DNA of 64,000 bases from positions 9,258 through 73,257 of the forward strand of contig JAHDBN010000004.1 of NCBI GenBank assembly GCA_020630335.1. Direction: 5' to 3'. Positions 1 through 9,244 of this stretch are shown piece after piece (the first letter of the stretch is position 1; every line of letters begins with the position of its first letter). The DNA comes from Bacteriovoracaceae bacterium (GTDB lineage: Bacteria; Bdellovibrionota; Bacteriovoracia; Bacteriovoracales; Bacteriovoracaceae). The notes under the pieces were generated by a model. The model did no database searches and was not told where the DNA came from. It was given only the letters and a program-made list of their open reading frames with translations. A program made the translations under genes and the position numbers.

Positions 1-907
1 CTGGATGCAAAATATTAATAACCTCAAGATCATGCCTCTTACCAATCTCAAAATCATTAAAGTCATGGGCAGGAGTTACCTTTAAACACCCTGTACCTAG
101 CTCCATATCAACATAAGAGTCACCAACAATAGGAACAACTCTTTCACAGATAGGGATAATAGCATTTTTCCCAATAAGCTTTTTAAATCTAGGATCTTTG
201 GGATTTACAGCTACCGCTGTGTCTCCAAATAAAGTTTCTGGCCTCGTTGTAGCTACTTCTAAAACTTCATCACTTCCTTCAACTTGGTAGTGTATATGAT
301 AAAATTTACCTTTTACTTCTTTGTATTCAACCTCAGCATCAGAAATTGCTGACTGCAAAACAGTATCCCAATTAATAATTCTTTTATCTTTATAAATAAG
401 GCCTTCATTATATAATTTCGTAAAAACTTTTCTTACAGCTTTATTAGGGCCTTCATCCATCGTGAAAGTTTCATAATCCCAATCACAACTAGCTCCTAGT
501 TTTTTTAATTGCTTAACAATTTCATCTCCATGCTCTTCTTTCCATTCCCAAATTCTTTTTAAAAAATCTTCTCTACCTAAATCATGTTTCGTTTTCTTTT
601 CTTCTTTGAAGATCTTTTTTTCAACCTTTGCTTGTGTTGCAATACCTGCGTGATCTGTTCCTGGAATCCAAAGAGTGTTGTAACCACTCATTCTTTTATG
701 CCTAACCAAAACATCTTGGCAGGTAGTATTTAGAGCATGCCCCATGTGGAGTATACCTGTGACGTTAGGAGGAGGCATAATTATTGAAAAAACTTTGTCT
801 TTCTTTTTATCAGGAGAGAAAGCTTTTCTTTCCTCCCAGATTTTATACCACTTATCTTCTAGTGTTTTAGGGTCATAGTTTTTCTCAATATCTCTATTCA
901 TGTTCAT
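1..907 (-). CDS. valS: Valyl-tRNA synthetase, N-terminal ~300 codons (rest of gene lies beyond the window start)
   Basis: Not in the ORF track because it is open at the edge. My translation of the minus strand from ATG 907 (alt ATG 901) reads MNMNRDIEKNYDPKTLEDKWYKIWEE..IIMPPPNVTGILHMGHALNTT..WIPGTDHAGIATQAKVE..NDFEIGKRHDLEVINILHP. PPPNVTG-x-LHMGH (class I HIGH) and WIPGTDHAGIATQ are ValRS hallmarks. The start overlaps the hisS stop by 14 nt. Confidence 0.9.
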   Translation of the reverse strand, partial: MNMNRDIEKNYDPKTLEDKWYKIWEERKAFSPDKKKDKVFSIIMPPPNVTGILHMGHALNTTCQDVLVRHKRMSGYNTLWIPGTDHAGIATQAKVEKKIFKEEKKTKHDLGREDFLKRIWEWKEEHGDEIVKQLKKLGASCDWDYETFTMDEGPNKAVRKVFTKLYNEGLIYKDKRIINWDTVLQSAISDAEVEYKEVKGKFYHIHYQVEGSDEVLEVATTRPETLFGDTAVAVNPKDPRFKKLIGKNAIIPICERVVPIVGDSYVDMELGTGCLKVTPAHDFNDFEIGKRHDLEVINILHP

Positions 908-2180
908 GTCCATGTAAGCAATCAAGAACTTCTTCATTGATTGTTTTAAATTTTATTTCTTTTTTATGATTTAAATCTTTTAGTGTGTATGAATCATCTT
1001 CACATAAAATCAGAAAAGAATATTTCTTTTTCTCTGCTATTTGAAATGCTTTATTGATTTTTATTCCACTTAGATGATTTTCTACTCCATATCCTAAATC
1101 TCTAAGAGAGTTAGAAATCTTTAGGGCTTGAGCTTCATTCTTTTGCTCTTGAAAAGAGATGAAGATCGCATCATCTGGATGAGTGAAATCAGGCATGAGA
1201 TCATGAGTAATGAGAAAGTCTTTTAAGGTAACATCTCCCAGTCCAAAACCACAACCAGGAAGAGCTGGCTCGTTAAAAATCTGAAGTAGGTTCGCATAGC
1301 TCCCACCTCCACAAATAGCTCGTCTATTATCAGGATGTTTATCGAAAACTTCAAACACTATTCCAGTATAATAATCTAATCCTCGCACAATGCTTGGATC
1401 GTATTTCAAATATTTTAATAGATCGCTCTCAGCAATCTTTTGATAAAGAGTCTTAAGGCTACAATCAATATTAAAAAAATCAAAAACATCTTCAAAGTTT
1501 TTAAGGGAAAGATAATTTTTTAATATAATTGCTTTTTCGTCATCTAGTACTTCACTAATCATTTTATCTAGCTTCTCAAGAGAAACCTTTTTTGATTTAT
1601 CTATAATTTTATAAAGCTTATAAGAAACTTCTTCTGTAATCTTGAGCATTTCTTTGAAAAGTTGATCAACAAAAGCTCTATCATTAATTAAAATCGAGAA
1701 ATGTGTTTCGTTTGCTCCATAAAGTTTAAGAAGATCTTTTACTAAATTTAAAACTTCTAATTCACCCAAAACTTCAGGTGCGCCAAAAACATCACAATTA
1801 AATTGCCAGTGCTCTCTTAATCTTCCTTTTTGAGGCCTTTCATATCTCATAAGGTTAGGAATCGAAAACCATCTTAGAGGTTTAGGAGTTTCACGGTGAA
1901 CTTGAGCAACCATTCGGGCAAGAGTTGGAGTCATCTCTGGTCTAATGGCTACAAAACGATCTCCTCTATCTTGAAAAGAATAAATCTGATCATTGATGAG
2001 TTCTTCACCAGATTTTGCTTTGTATAAATCAACTAGTTCTAGCATGGGGCCATCATATGGTTCATATGCATAAAGTGCTGCAGCATCCTTCATAACAGAA
2101 AACAAATACTCTTGCTCTCTTTTATCTTTGGGAAATAAATCTCGGCACCCTTTATATGGAGTTTTAACTAATTTATTCAT
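894..2180 (-). CDS. hisS: Histidyl-tRNA synthetase
   Basis: 428 aa. Class II aaRS motifs in HisRS context: ..DRFVAIRPEMTPTLARMV.., ..MRYERPQKGRLREHWQFNCDVFG.., ..RRAICGGGSYANLL... C-terminal anticodon-binding-like domain. Confidence 0.93.
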   Translation of the reverse strand: MNKLVKTPYKGCRDLFPKDKREQEYLFSVMKDAAALYAYEPYDGPMLELVDLYKAKSGEELINDQIYSFQDRGDRFVAIRPEMTPTLARMVAQVHRETPKPLRWFSIPNLMRYERPQKGRLREHWQFNCDVFGAPEVLGELEVLNLVKDLLKLYGANETHFSILINDRAFVDQLFKEMLKITEEVSYKLYKIIDKSKKVSLEKLDKMISEVLDDEKAIILKNYLSLKNFEDVFDFFNIDCSLKTLYQKIAESDLLKYLKYDPSIVRGLDYYTGIVFEVFDKHPDNRRAICGGGSYANLLQIFNEPALPGCGFGLGDVTLKDFLITHDLMPDFTHPDDAIFISFQEQKNEAQALKISNSLRDLGYGVENHLSGIKINKAFQIAEKKKYSFLILCEDDSYTLKDLNHKKEIKFKTINEEVLDCLHGHEHE

Positions 2181-2347
2181 AGAAGTATTTATCCCATAAA
2201 TATGCCCATATGTGGAGACTAAAAAGTTTAAGATTATCGCTTTAAAGGCTAGGTGCCATTTTTAATAGGCACTCTTTTTAAAAGAATAAGGGGACTTATG
2301 AAGATATTAAGAATTCACTTATTCTATTAGTAGGAAAGAGGTAAGAA

Positions 2348-3865
2348 ATGAAATTAAAGATGAAATTTATTTGTATTATATTTGCGAGTTCTCTCGTTTG
2401 GGGACAAGCTGAAAGTCCTGGAACTACAGGGGAGCCAGGAAACTCATCGGCAACTTCTAAAACCGAAGAGCTTCAACTTAAAGCATCAGAATATTGTCCA
2501 TATTCTATAGATTTATCAGAATTTAATCGTTTCAATACAGTAGATAGCGCAATGAAGGATCTGGATAGAATAGTAAAAGAAGAAAAAGAAATCAACAAAG
2601 ATCCTTGCTTACCATTAATTCAGAATCTATCAATTTCAGCTGGTAGCTTGGGAAACACTGGTGTCCAAACTAGCGAAGATATAGATCAGCTAGAGAGAGG
2701 TCTAGCATCATTTAGAGGAATAGTGACTGAGTTTACCGCAGGTAGGTGTAAAACAAGGAAAAATGAAATTATTAGATCAATAGTTTCAATAGTTCCTGCT
2801 ATTTTACCTAAACTAACGGGAAGTTCTATTGCAGTAGCTGCAGCTAATGATTTACTTGAATTTCTAAGAAGTGAAAGCAATATAGAGAAAACTCTTAAGT
2901 CTTATGGGAAAGAGAGAATAAAACATTTAAAAGAAAAGTTAGAAGCAAATGTTGTATGTAATGCTAGTAGAATATATGCGCAAGATTACTGTCAGGGTGA
3001 ATATCTTGAAAATATGAGAAGAGTAATAAAAAAATCTACACGTGATTCTAAAGGGAAAAAAATTGCAAAACCTAAAGATGTTAAAGCTATTCCGAAAGAT
3101 CAATTCCTAGATTTGTATAAATGCTATTATGATCTCAGCAAAATAAAAGATTTCAATAATAAACCAAGTAATAATTTTTCTAGATACGAAAAATGCTTAA
3201 AAGACAAAAAAATTAATCCACATTCAGTTGAGATGTTTAGAGTTGGATTAGATGATAAAGCTCGTGAGTATCAAGAGTTACAAAGTTTAATGAAAGATCC
3301 AATAAAGCTTTCTGTTAATCACATAAAAAAAGATTCTAAAAAACTTGAAAAAGAAATTGAGAAGTATAGTAAAATTTTAAAAAAATCAAAAATGACGAGT
3401 TTTTCATTAAGAAAGTCATCTATTGGAGGAAATATTGGAGATTATAGAAATATGGTATCTCGATTAATTGATAATTGTTATTTTGGTAAAACCTTAAAAT
3501 CAATTAATTCATCTGATCTATCTATCGTTAATGATAATGTTTCTTTAAGTAATCAACAACATTGTAGAGAGCTCTTTGTTTGCAGCTCAAAAATTATTAA
3601 AGCTAAAAATGGTTACGGAGAAAACTATCTTCCTTTAAATAGATCTGTTTTTATGAACTCTAGGCCAAGAAATAAATTAGGAATTTGTCATTCTAGTCTT
3701 TTCTCTTTAGACATTAAAAATTCTAATAAATCAGATTTAATAGATGATTTAATGGATAGTGATTTTATTCTTAAGACATCAGCAGAAAAGATTACTTCAA
3801 ATTGTTCTCCAATAGAGTATGAAGAGGAAGTAGAGAGTATTAGTGAAACTGCTATTTCAAGATAA
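2348..3865 (+). CDS. Hypothetical secreted protein (Lys/Ser/Asn-rich, multiple Cys)
   Basis: 505-aa ORF with N-terminal signal peptide MKLKMKFICIIFASSLVWGQAES and a purine-rich RBS (GGAAAGAGG) upstream. No family motif recognised. Confidence 0.6.
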   Translation: MKLKMKFICIIFASSLVWGQAESPGTTGEPGNSSATSKTEELQLKASEYCPYSIDLSEFNRFNTVDSAMKDLDRIVKEEKEINKDPCLPLIQNLSISAGSLGNTGVQTSEDIDQLERGLASFRGIVTEFTAGRCKTRKNEIIRSIVSIVPAILPKLTGSSIAVAAANDLLEFLRSESNIEKTLKSYGKERIKHLKEKLEANVVCNASRIYAQDYCQGEYLENMRRVIKKSTRDSKGKKIAKPKDVKAIPKDQFLDLYKCYYDLSKIKDFNNKPSNNFSRYEKCLKDKKINPHSVEMFRVGLDDKAREYQELQSLMKDPIKLSVNHIKKDSKKLEKEIEKYSKILKKSKMTSFSLRKSSIGGNIGDYRNMVSRLIDNCYFGKTLKSINSSDLSIVNDNVSLSNQQHCRELFVCSSKIIKAKNGYGENYLPLNRSVFMNSRPRNKLGICHSSLFSLDIKNSNKSDLIDDLMDSDFILKTSAEKITSNCSPIEYEEEVESISETAISR

Positions 3866-3870
3866 GAAGT

Positions 3871-4731
3871 CTAATCATGAGAATTGATGAATTGTATATA
3901 GATAATAGAGCTGAGAATCATGAACATACCGATTATTTGAATTGAATTTAAGTTTTCATTAAAAAATAAGTATCCAAAAAAAGAAGCAAAAATAGCTTCC
4001 ATGAGAAAAATAAGTCCAACTATTTGAGAAGGAATATATTTTTGTACATAGACTTGAATAGTAAAAGCCACTATTGCCGAGAAGAAGCTACAAATAATAA
4101 AACCCAGAAAAACTTTATCATTAAATTCTGAAGCAAAAGGAAGAAAAGCATTAGGAGAGCTAGGTCCTGAAATTATCATTGCAATGATAATTCCTGTAAT
4201 GCCCATGAAAATAATCTGAAATCCATTTAGGATTAATGGATGAAAGTCCTTTGAATACTTCTCAATTGCTATAATATGAAAGGAGAAAAATAAAGCTGAA
4301 AGTAAAATATAAAGATCTCCTTTATTTATATTTTTTATTTCTAACTCACATAAAAAAGCCATACCTATGAGAGCTACAAATACACATAGCCAGTATTGTT
4401 TTTGAAATTTTCGTTTATACAAAAGACCAAGAAGCAGAGGAGTGAACAAGGCATAAAAAGTAGTAATGAAACCACTTTTTGCTAAAGTTGTATGCTTAAT
4501 CCCAATCGTTTGAAGTAAAAGTCCAGCCGTCAAGAAGCCTGATATAAGAATTGCTGGTTTAATTTTCACTTCACTTCTTTTTGAATAAACAAATGGAGCC
4601 ATAAAAAAAGCAGCAATTAGAAATCTCCAAGCATGCGACCAATAAGGATCATAAGCCTCAAAGGTAAATCTTGTTCCTACAAAACCAGCTCCCCAGATCA
4701 TAGTAGCGAAAATAAGTAAAGAAATATGCAT
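3871..4731 (-). CDS. EamA/DMT-superfamily transporter (10-TM permease)
   Basis: 286 aa, almost entirely hydrophobic, with about 10 predicted helices in two similar halves. N-terminus ..WGAGFVGTRF.. resembles EamA domains. Confidence 0.7.
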   Translation of the reverse strand: MHISLLIFATMIWGAGFVGTRFTFEAYDPYWSHAWRFLIAAFFMAPFVYSKRSEVKIKPAILISGFLTAGLLLQTIGIKHTTLAKSGFITTFYALFTPLLLGLLYKRKFQKQYWLCVFVALIGMAFLCELEIKNINKGDLYILLSALFFSFHIIAIEKYSKDFHPLILNGFQIIFMGITGIIIAMIISGPSSPNAFLPFASEFNDKVFLGFIICSFFSAIVAFTIQVYVQKYIPSQIVGLIFLMEAIFASFFGYLFFNENLNSIQIIGMFMILSSIIYIQFINSHD

Positions 4732-4839
4732 GAAGAGATTTTAATATATTCCATTTTGGAATGCTAGATATGATTTCGAAGTCATATTCGATCAAAATTT
4801 AAATATTTAAATTAGGTTATGACAAAAAAGGAGATTGTT

Positions 4840-5202
4840 ATGAAAATTTTAATTACACTTTTAACATTTAGCTTTCTAAGCTTTTCACTTACTACTGAGA
4901 AAGTAGAAGTAAACACTTTAACTACAGATGAAGGTTTAACTCTTTATGTTTTTGATAAGGATGAAGAGGGAGTTTCTAATTGTAATGGAGGATGTGCGAA
5001 TGTTTGGCCTCCATTGTTAAGAAAAGATGCTCACATTCAAAATAATGAATTAGGGGTTATTAAAAGATCAGATGGCACAGAGCAAATAACATTAAATGGA
5101 AGGCCTTTATATCTATTTCATAAAGATATAAAGCCAGGAGATATTAAAGGAGATGGCCTAGGAGGAGTTTGGCATATAATAACAAGTCCTAAGCTTAAAT
5201 AA
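4840..5202 (+). CDS. Small secreted protein of the 'secreted repeat of unknown function' type (COG4315 / Lipoprotein_15-like)
   Basis: Signal peptide MKILITLLTFSFLSFSL. Two copies of the family motif: (G)LTLYVFDKDE..C..GGCANVWPP and GRPLYLFHKDI..GDGLGGVWHII. I prefer ATG 4840, which has AAGGAG 6 nt upstream, over the track start at 4819. Confidence 0.65.
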   Translation: MKILITLLTFSFLSFSLTTEKVEVNTLTTDEGLTLYVFDKDEEGVSNCNGGCANVWPPLLRKDAHIQNNELGVIKRSDGTEQITLNGRPLYLFHKDIKPGDIKGDGLGGVWHIITSPKLK

Positions 5203-5238
5203 GTCTAATAACTATAATCAGATCTAAGTGTTAGACCG

Positions 5239-5264
5239 GGGAGTAGAAATACTCCCTTTTTTTT
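5239..5264 (+). terminator. Rho-independent terminator after the 4840-5202 gene
   Basis: GGGAGTA-GAAA-TACTCCC hairpin (5239-5256) followed by T8 (5257-5264). Confidence 0.7.
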
Positions 5265-5357
5265 GCCCTAGCTCCTCTTTTTTGTTACAAGTAAGTCTCT
5301 AAATACTTAAAAGAGGGTTTGAATCCCTCCCGAATGAGTTCGGAAAGGAGAATTAGT

Positions 5358-8063
5358 ATGTCTGTCGCGAATCCTTATGCTTCGTTTTTAAATGATGTGA
5401 TGAAACCAGCTCGATACATTGGTAACGAACATAATTTAACCAAAAAAGATTGGGAACAGTGTAAGTCAAAAGTTGCTTTATGTTTCCCCGATACATATGA
5501 AATTGGAATGAGTCATTTGGGATTTAAAATTCTTTATGATGAGATTAATAGAATTCCTGATCTGTTAGCAGAGAGATGCTTTACTCCATGGGTTGATATG
5601 GAAAAAGAGCTAAGAGAAAGAAACCTTCCTCTGGTTAGCCTTGAAAGTTATAAACCTCTTAGTGAATTTGATATAGTTGGTTTTTCTCTACAGTATGAAA
5701 TGAGTTATTCTAATATTTTAACAATGCTAGATCTTTCGAATATTCCGCTAAGAGCTGAGAATAGAAGAAACGAAGATCCTTTTGTTATCGCTGGTGGTCC
5801 ATGTGCAACTCACCCAGAACCACTTGCTCCATTCATAGATTTTTTTGTCATCGGAGATGGTGAAAAATTATTTGCTCTTCTTGCTAGCTATATTGGTGAA
5901 GCAAGAGAAAATAAAATGAGTCGTGGAGATATTTTATTAGAACTAGCAAACTGGGAAGGAATCTATGTTCCTCAGTTTTATGAGACAAAGCTCGATGAGT
6001 TTTCTCAGCTAGAATATGTTTCTGGAGCAAAGCCAGAGTTTAAAGGAAAGATTCCAGATAAAATAACTAGATTTTTTATGGAGAGTTTAAAAGATTATCC
6101 TTTTCCAACTAAATCTCCTATTCCACATATGACTGCAATTTTTGATAGGTTTTCAGTTGAACTTGCTAGGGGCTGTACAGAGGGCTGTAGGTTTTGTCAG
6201 GCGGGAATGATTTATAGACCAGTTAGAGAAAGGGCTCCTCAACAAGTTATTGACTTGGTAATGGATGGTATAAAAAATGGTGGTTTCGACGAAGCTTCGC
6301 TTACTTGTCTTTCAACAGCTGATTACTCGGCAGTGACACCTTTGGTTGTGGAATTATTAGATAAACTTTCTCAAGATAAATCGACTCTTGGTATTAGTTC
6401 TTTGAGAGCTTATGGGCTTGATAAGCGAATCTTAGATAAATTAGCTGAAGTTAAAAACAGCTCTCTTACCTTTGCGCCAGAAGCAGGAACTCAAAGAATG
6501 AGAAATGTTATTAATAAGAATGTATCTGAAGAAGATATGATGCAAACAGCTAGAGATGTATTTAGTAGAGGTTGGAAGAAGATGAAATTATATTTCATGA
6601 TTGGTTTACCAACCGAAGAAGATATAGATGTTCAGGGAATAATGGAAACGGGTAGAAAAGCACGAGAAGTTGCCAAGAAAGATTGCGGAGTGAGTAATCC
6701 CGAAATCACGATTTCTGCTTCAACTTTTGTTCCCAAACCACATACGCCTTTTCAATGGGCTCCTATGTTAAAGCTTGATGAAATAGTAAGAAAGCAAAAC
6801 TTACTTTTTGGTCTCGCTAAAAACTATAGGCTTAAATTTAGAAAACATTTTTCAAAAATATCTCTTCTTGAAGGAATTATTGCTAGAGGAGATAGACGAC
6901 ATGGCGATCTTTTAGAACTTGCTTGGAGAAAAGGAGCTCGTTTTGATGGATGGGATGAGACATTTAATTTTGATCTTTGGATGGATTGTATAGAAGAGTT
7001 AGAAATTAACCCAGAATATACTCTCGGAACAATTCCTATGAACGCTAAACTTCCATGGGATCATATAGATGTTGGACTAAAAGAAAAGTTCTTAGAAAGA
7101 GAATGGCTTAAAGCTACTAAAAATAGATTGTCTCCTCCATGTGGAAAAGTAGCTGGGGATATTGTTCATGATTCCAATCTAGAAACTTTAGAGAAGAAAT
7201 TTGATATAGATAAGAAAAAGCTAGTTTGCTATCACTGTGGTATTGCTTGTGACCTCAAAGGAATGGTTGAAGAGAGACGAGAGTATTTAACTGAAATGAA
7301 AGCATTCACAGATGAGGATTATCAAGAACCTGAAGTTTTAAAGAAAGATATTATTGATTTTCGAGATAAAAGAGGGCAATTCATTGGACATAAATATAGA
7401 ATTAAGTTTTCAAAACTTGGAGCTATTACTTTCGTTGGTCATTTAGATCTTCAAAAAATTATGGCAAGAATATTTAAAAGAGCTGAAATAGATGTGCTTC
7501 ACTCCGAAGGTTATCACCAAAGGCCTTTAATTTCCTTTGGGCCTGCACTTTCTGTTGGTATTAGTAGCCTATCTGAATATTTTGATATCCGAGTTCCTAA
7601 AGAGTGGGAAAAGCCAGAAGAAGTATTATTAAAATTAAGCCAACACTCAGAACCTGGAATTGTTTTTGAGTCATGTGAGAAAATTGAGAAGAAACAAAAA
7701 TCTATCCAGGAAGCAACTGTTAGGACTAAATATTTCATGCCTTTTATGGAGTCAACTTCTATTAAAAATTTAGATTTAAAAGATGAAATTATAGTTGAAA
7801 CTTATAATAAGAAGAAAAGAAAACACACTCAAAAAAATATAAGGCCTTTTATTTCTAGTATTAAAACTTCAGAAGTGAAATTCCAAGAAAGTGAAGAGAA
7901 GCTTATTCAGGAAGTCTTAGATCTAAATAAAGGAGCTGGACTAATTGTTGAGGTTGAAAAAATCGATGGTAGAGCAGTAAGGCCTAGAGAGCTTCAAATA
8001 GGCTTAGATTCTATAGGAATTAAAGTAAATACACCTGTAAAAATTGCAACCTCAATGGTTTAA
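5358..8063 (+). CDS. Fused radical SAM protein: B12-binding-like N-domain plus radical SAM core, with a C-terminal DUF2344-type 'radical SAM-linked' domain
   Basis: CxxxCxxC cluster in ..ELARGCTEGCRFCQAGMIYRP... C-terminal third ..YRIKFSKLGAITFVGHLDLQKIMARIFKRAEIDVLHSEGYHQRPLISFGPALSVGISS.. matches the DUF2344/TIGR03936-type signature as I remember it. Start chosen at ATG 5358 (AAAGGAG 7 nt upstream); the track's TTG 5319 is less likely. Confidence 0.8.
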   Translation: MSVANPYASFLNDVMKPARYIGNEHNLTKKDWEQCKSKVALCFPDTYEIGMSHLGFKILYDEINRIPDLLAERCFTPWVDMEKELRERNLPLVSLESYKPLSEFDIVGFSLQYEMSYSNILTMLDLSNIPLRAENRRNEDPFVIAGGPCATHPEPLAPFIDFFVIGDGEKLFALLASYIGEARENKMSRGDILLELANWEGIYVPQFYETKLDEFSQLEYVSGAKPEFKGKIPDKITRFFMESLKDYPFPTKSPIPHMTAIFDRFSVELARGCTEGCRFCQAGMIYRPVRERAPQQVIDLVMDGIKNGGFDEASLTCLSTADYSAVTPLVVELLDKLSQDKSTLGISSLRAYGLDKRILDKLAEVKNSSLTFAPEAGTQRMRNVINKNVSEEDMMQTARDVFSRGWKKMKLYFMIGLPTEEDIDVQGIMETGRKAREVAKKDCGVSNPEITISASTFVPKPHTPFQWAPMLKLDEIVRKQNLLFGLAKNYRLKFRKHFSKISLLEGIIARGDRRHGDLLELAWRKGARFDGWDETFNFDLWMDCIEELEINPEYTLGTIPMNAKLPWDHIDVGLKEKFLEREWLKATKNRLSPPCGKVAGDIVHDSNLETLEKKFDIDKKKLVCYHCGIACDLKGMVEERREYLTEMKAFTDEDYQEPEVLKKDIIDFRDKRGQFIGHKYRIKFSKLGAITFVGHLDLQKIMARIFKRAEIDVLHSEGYHQRPLISFGPALSVGISSLSEYFDIRVPKEWEKPEEVLLKLSQHSEPGIVFESCEKIEKKQKSIQEATVRTKYFMPFMESTSIKNLDLKDEIIVETYNKKKRKHTQKNIRPFISSIKTSEVKFQESEEKLIQEVLDLNKGAGLIVEVEKIDGRAVRPRELQIGLDSIGIKVNTPVKIATSMV

Positions 8064-8153
8064 AATTATAAGGTATAAAAAAATATCAAAAGACAATTAA
8101 AGTTTTAATTTTTGCTTCCGATAACTACATTAGTATTTGCAATTGGAGGCAAA

Positions 8154-9182
8154 ATGAAAGCTTTAACTTTATGTACGTTAGCTCTAAGCTTACTTTTTTC
8201 ATTTAATGGCTTTAGCCATGAGACAGGGTTTTCCCACACTGAACACTCAGAAAGATTTTTCACACCTGACGGGGAACTACGAGTATGTATTCCAGGAAAA
8301 GGATTATTACCTCAAAAATCATGTGTTTGTAGTGATCAGTTCGCTCAAGCAGGGAAAAAATTAACTTGTTCAGGCGATAGTTTTTGTAATAAAGAACTTG
8401 TAGCAACTCTTTGTAATTCAATGAGAAATGATGAGTTAAGAAAAAGAATTAATTATAAGAGAACTACTGTTTTATCAGGACAAGAATTACCTAGACAGCA
8501 TTTTCACTCACATCACAGTATGAGAAGTGTTGCTTCTGATCACAGTCATATGAATAATGGTAATTATCATATGAATCAGCAAACAATGATCAAAAGAAAA
8601 GTCATTCCTAATAGACATTATTCACTTAATAAAAAAACAACTCAATATAGAGGTTTAGCATCAGTGACAAATGGAACTTGTGATAGTGATACATCACTTC
8701 AACCTGGAGAGTCTTGTCTTTGTGGATCTGAGTATAAGTATGAAGGAAAAAAATTAACTTGTGCTGGTAAAGCAACTTGTAACTTTTCTGTAGTAAATAC
8801 TGTATGTGGAACGCATCATGCTGAAAGAAATATTAAAAACCAAGGTTTTCATGTCCTTCATAGAACCAACTCTGGTAGAATCAAGTATAGACCTAAATAC
8901 AGTGATGTTTTAAAAACAAAAAGAACTAAAGTTATAAAGAAGACGAATAGACAATTAGTGGAAAGTGATCTTGATAGTGAAATTTTTAAAGATGAAACAG
9001 AAGATTTTAATGAAAGCTTTTCAGGAGAAATGGGAACCAATACTAGAGATATAGCAACTAGTGATTCATGGACAGAAGGTTCTGGGAAAACATCTAAAAC
9101 AACGATTATCAAGAAAACAACGAGAACGGTAATTGATGATGATATTGATTTAGATGAATTAATTGAAGATGAAGATTGGTAA
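8154..9182 (+). CDS. Secreted protein with a duplicated 6-Cys module, a His-rich linker and an acidic C-terminus
   Basis: ATG 8154 is preceded by GGAGG. Signal peptide MKALTLCTLALSLLFSFNGFS. Two modules have identical spacing C-x11-C-x-C-x12-C-x5-C-x8-C (aa 45-87 and 176-218), both containing GKKLTC. The tail ends ..DDDIDLDELIEDEDW. Confidence 0.65.
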   Translation: MKALTLCTLALSLLFSFNGFSHETGFSHTEHSERFFTPDGELRVCIPGKGLLPQKSCVCSDQFAQAGKKLTCSGDSFCNKELVATLCNSMRNDELRKRINYKRTTVLSGQELPRQHFHSHHSMRSVASDHSHMNNGNYHMNQQTMIKRKVIPNRHYSLNKKTTQYRGLASVTNGTCDSDTSLQPGESCLCGSEYKYEGKKLTCAGKATCNFSVVNTVCGTHHAERNIKNQGFHVLHRTNSGRIKYRPKYSDVLKTKRTKVIKKTNRQLVESDLDSEIFKDETEDFNESFSGEMGTNTRDIATSDSWTEGSGKTSKTTIIKKTTRTVIDDDIDLDELIEDEDW

Positions 9183-9217
9183 ACTGCCAAATTACACATT
9201 ATAAGTTTTTTGATATA

Positions 9218-9244
9218 AACTCCTGAGAATTCAGGAGTTTTTTT
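9218..9244 (+). terminator. Rho-independent terminator whose 3' arm carries the RBS of the next gene
   Basis: AACTCCTGA-GAAT-TCAGGAGTT hairpin followed by a T-run ending at 9244. AGGAG (9233-9237) sits 7 nt before ATG 9245. Confidence 0.7.

Noticed and set aside
2251-2279. Hairpin (GGTGCC..GGCACT) plus T-run in the divergent hisS / secreted-protein intergenic region
   Set aside because: It has only about 6 bp including a G-U pair and a 10-nt loop, with no upstream promoter or ORF to terminate. This is insufficient for a terminator or sRNA call.
5312-5336. tRNA-like T-arm (AGAGGG-TTTGAAT-CCCTC) upstream of the radical SAM gene
   Set aside because: No complementary 5' acceptor strand, D-arm or anticodon arm lies at the required distances. 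It is more likely a simple leader hairpin.
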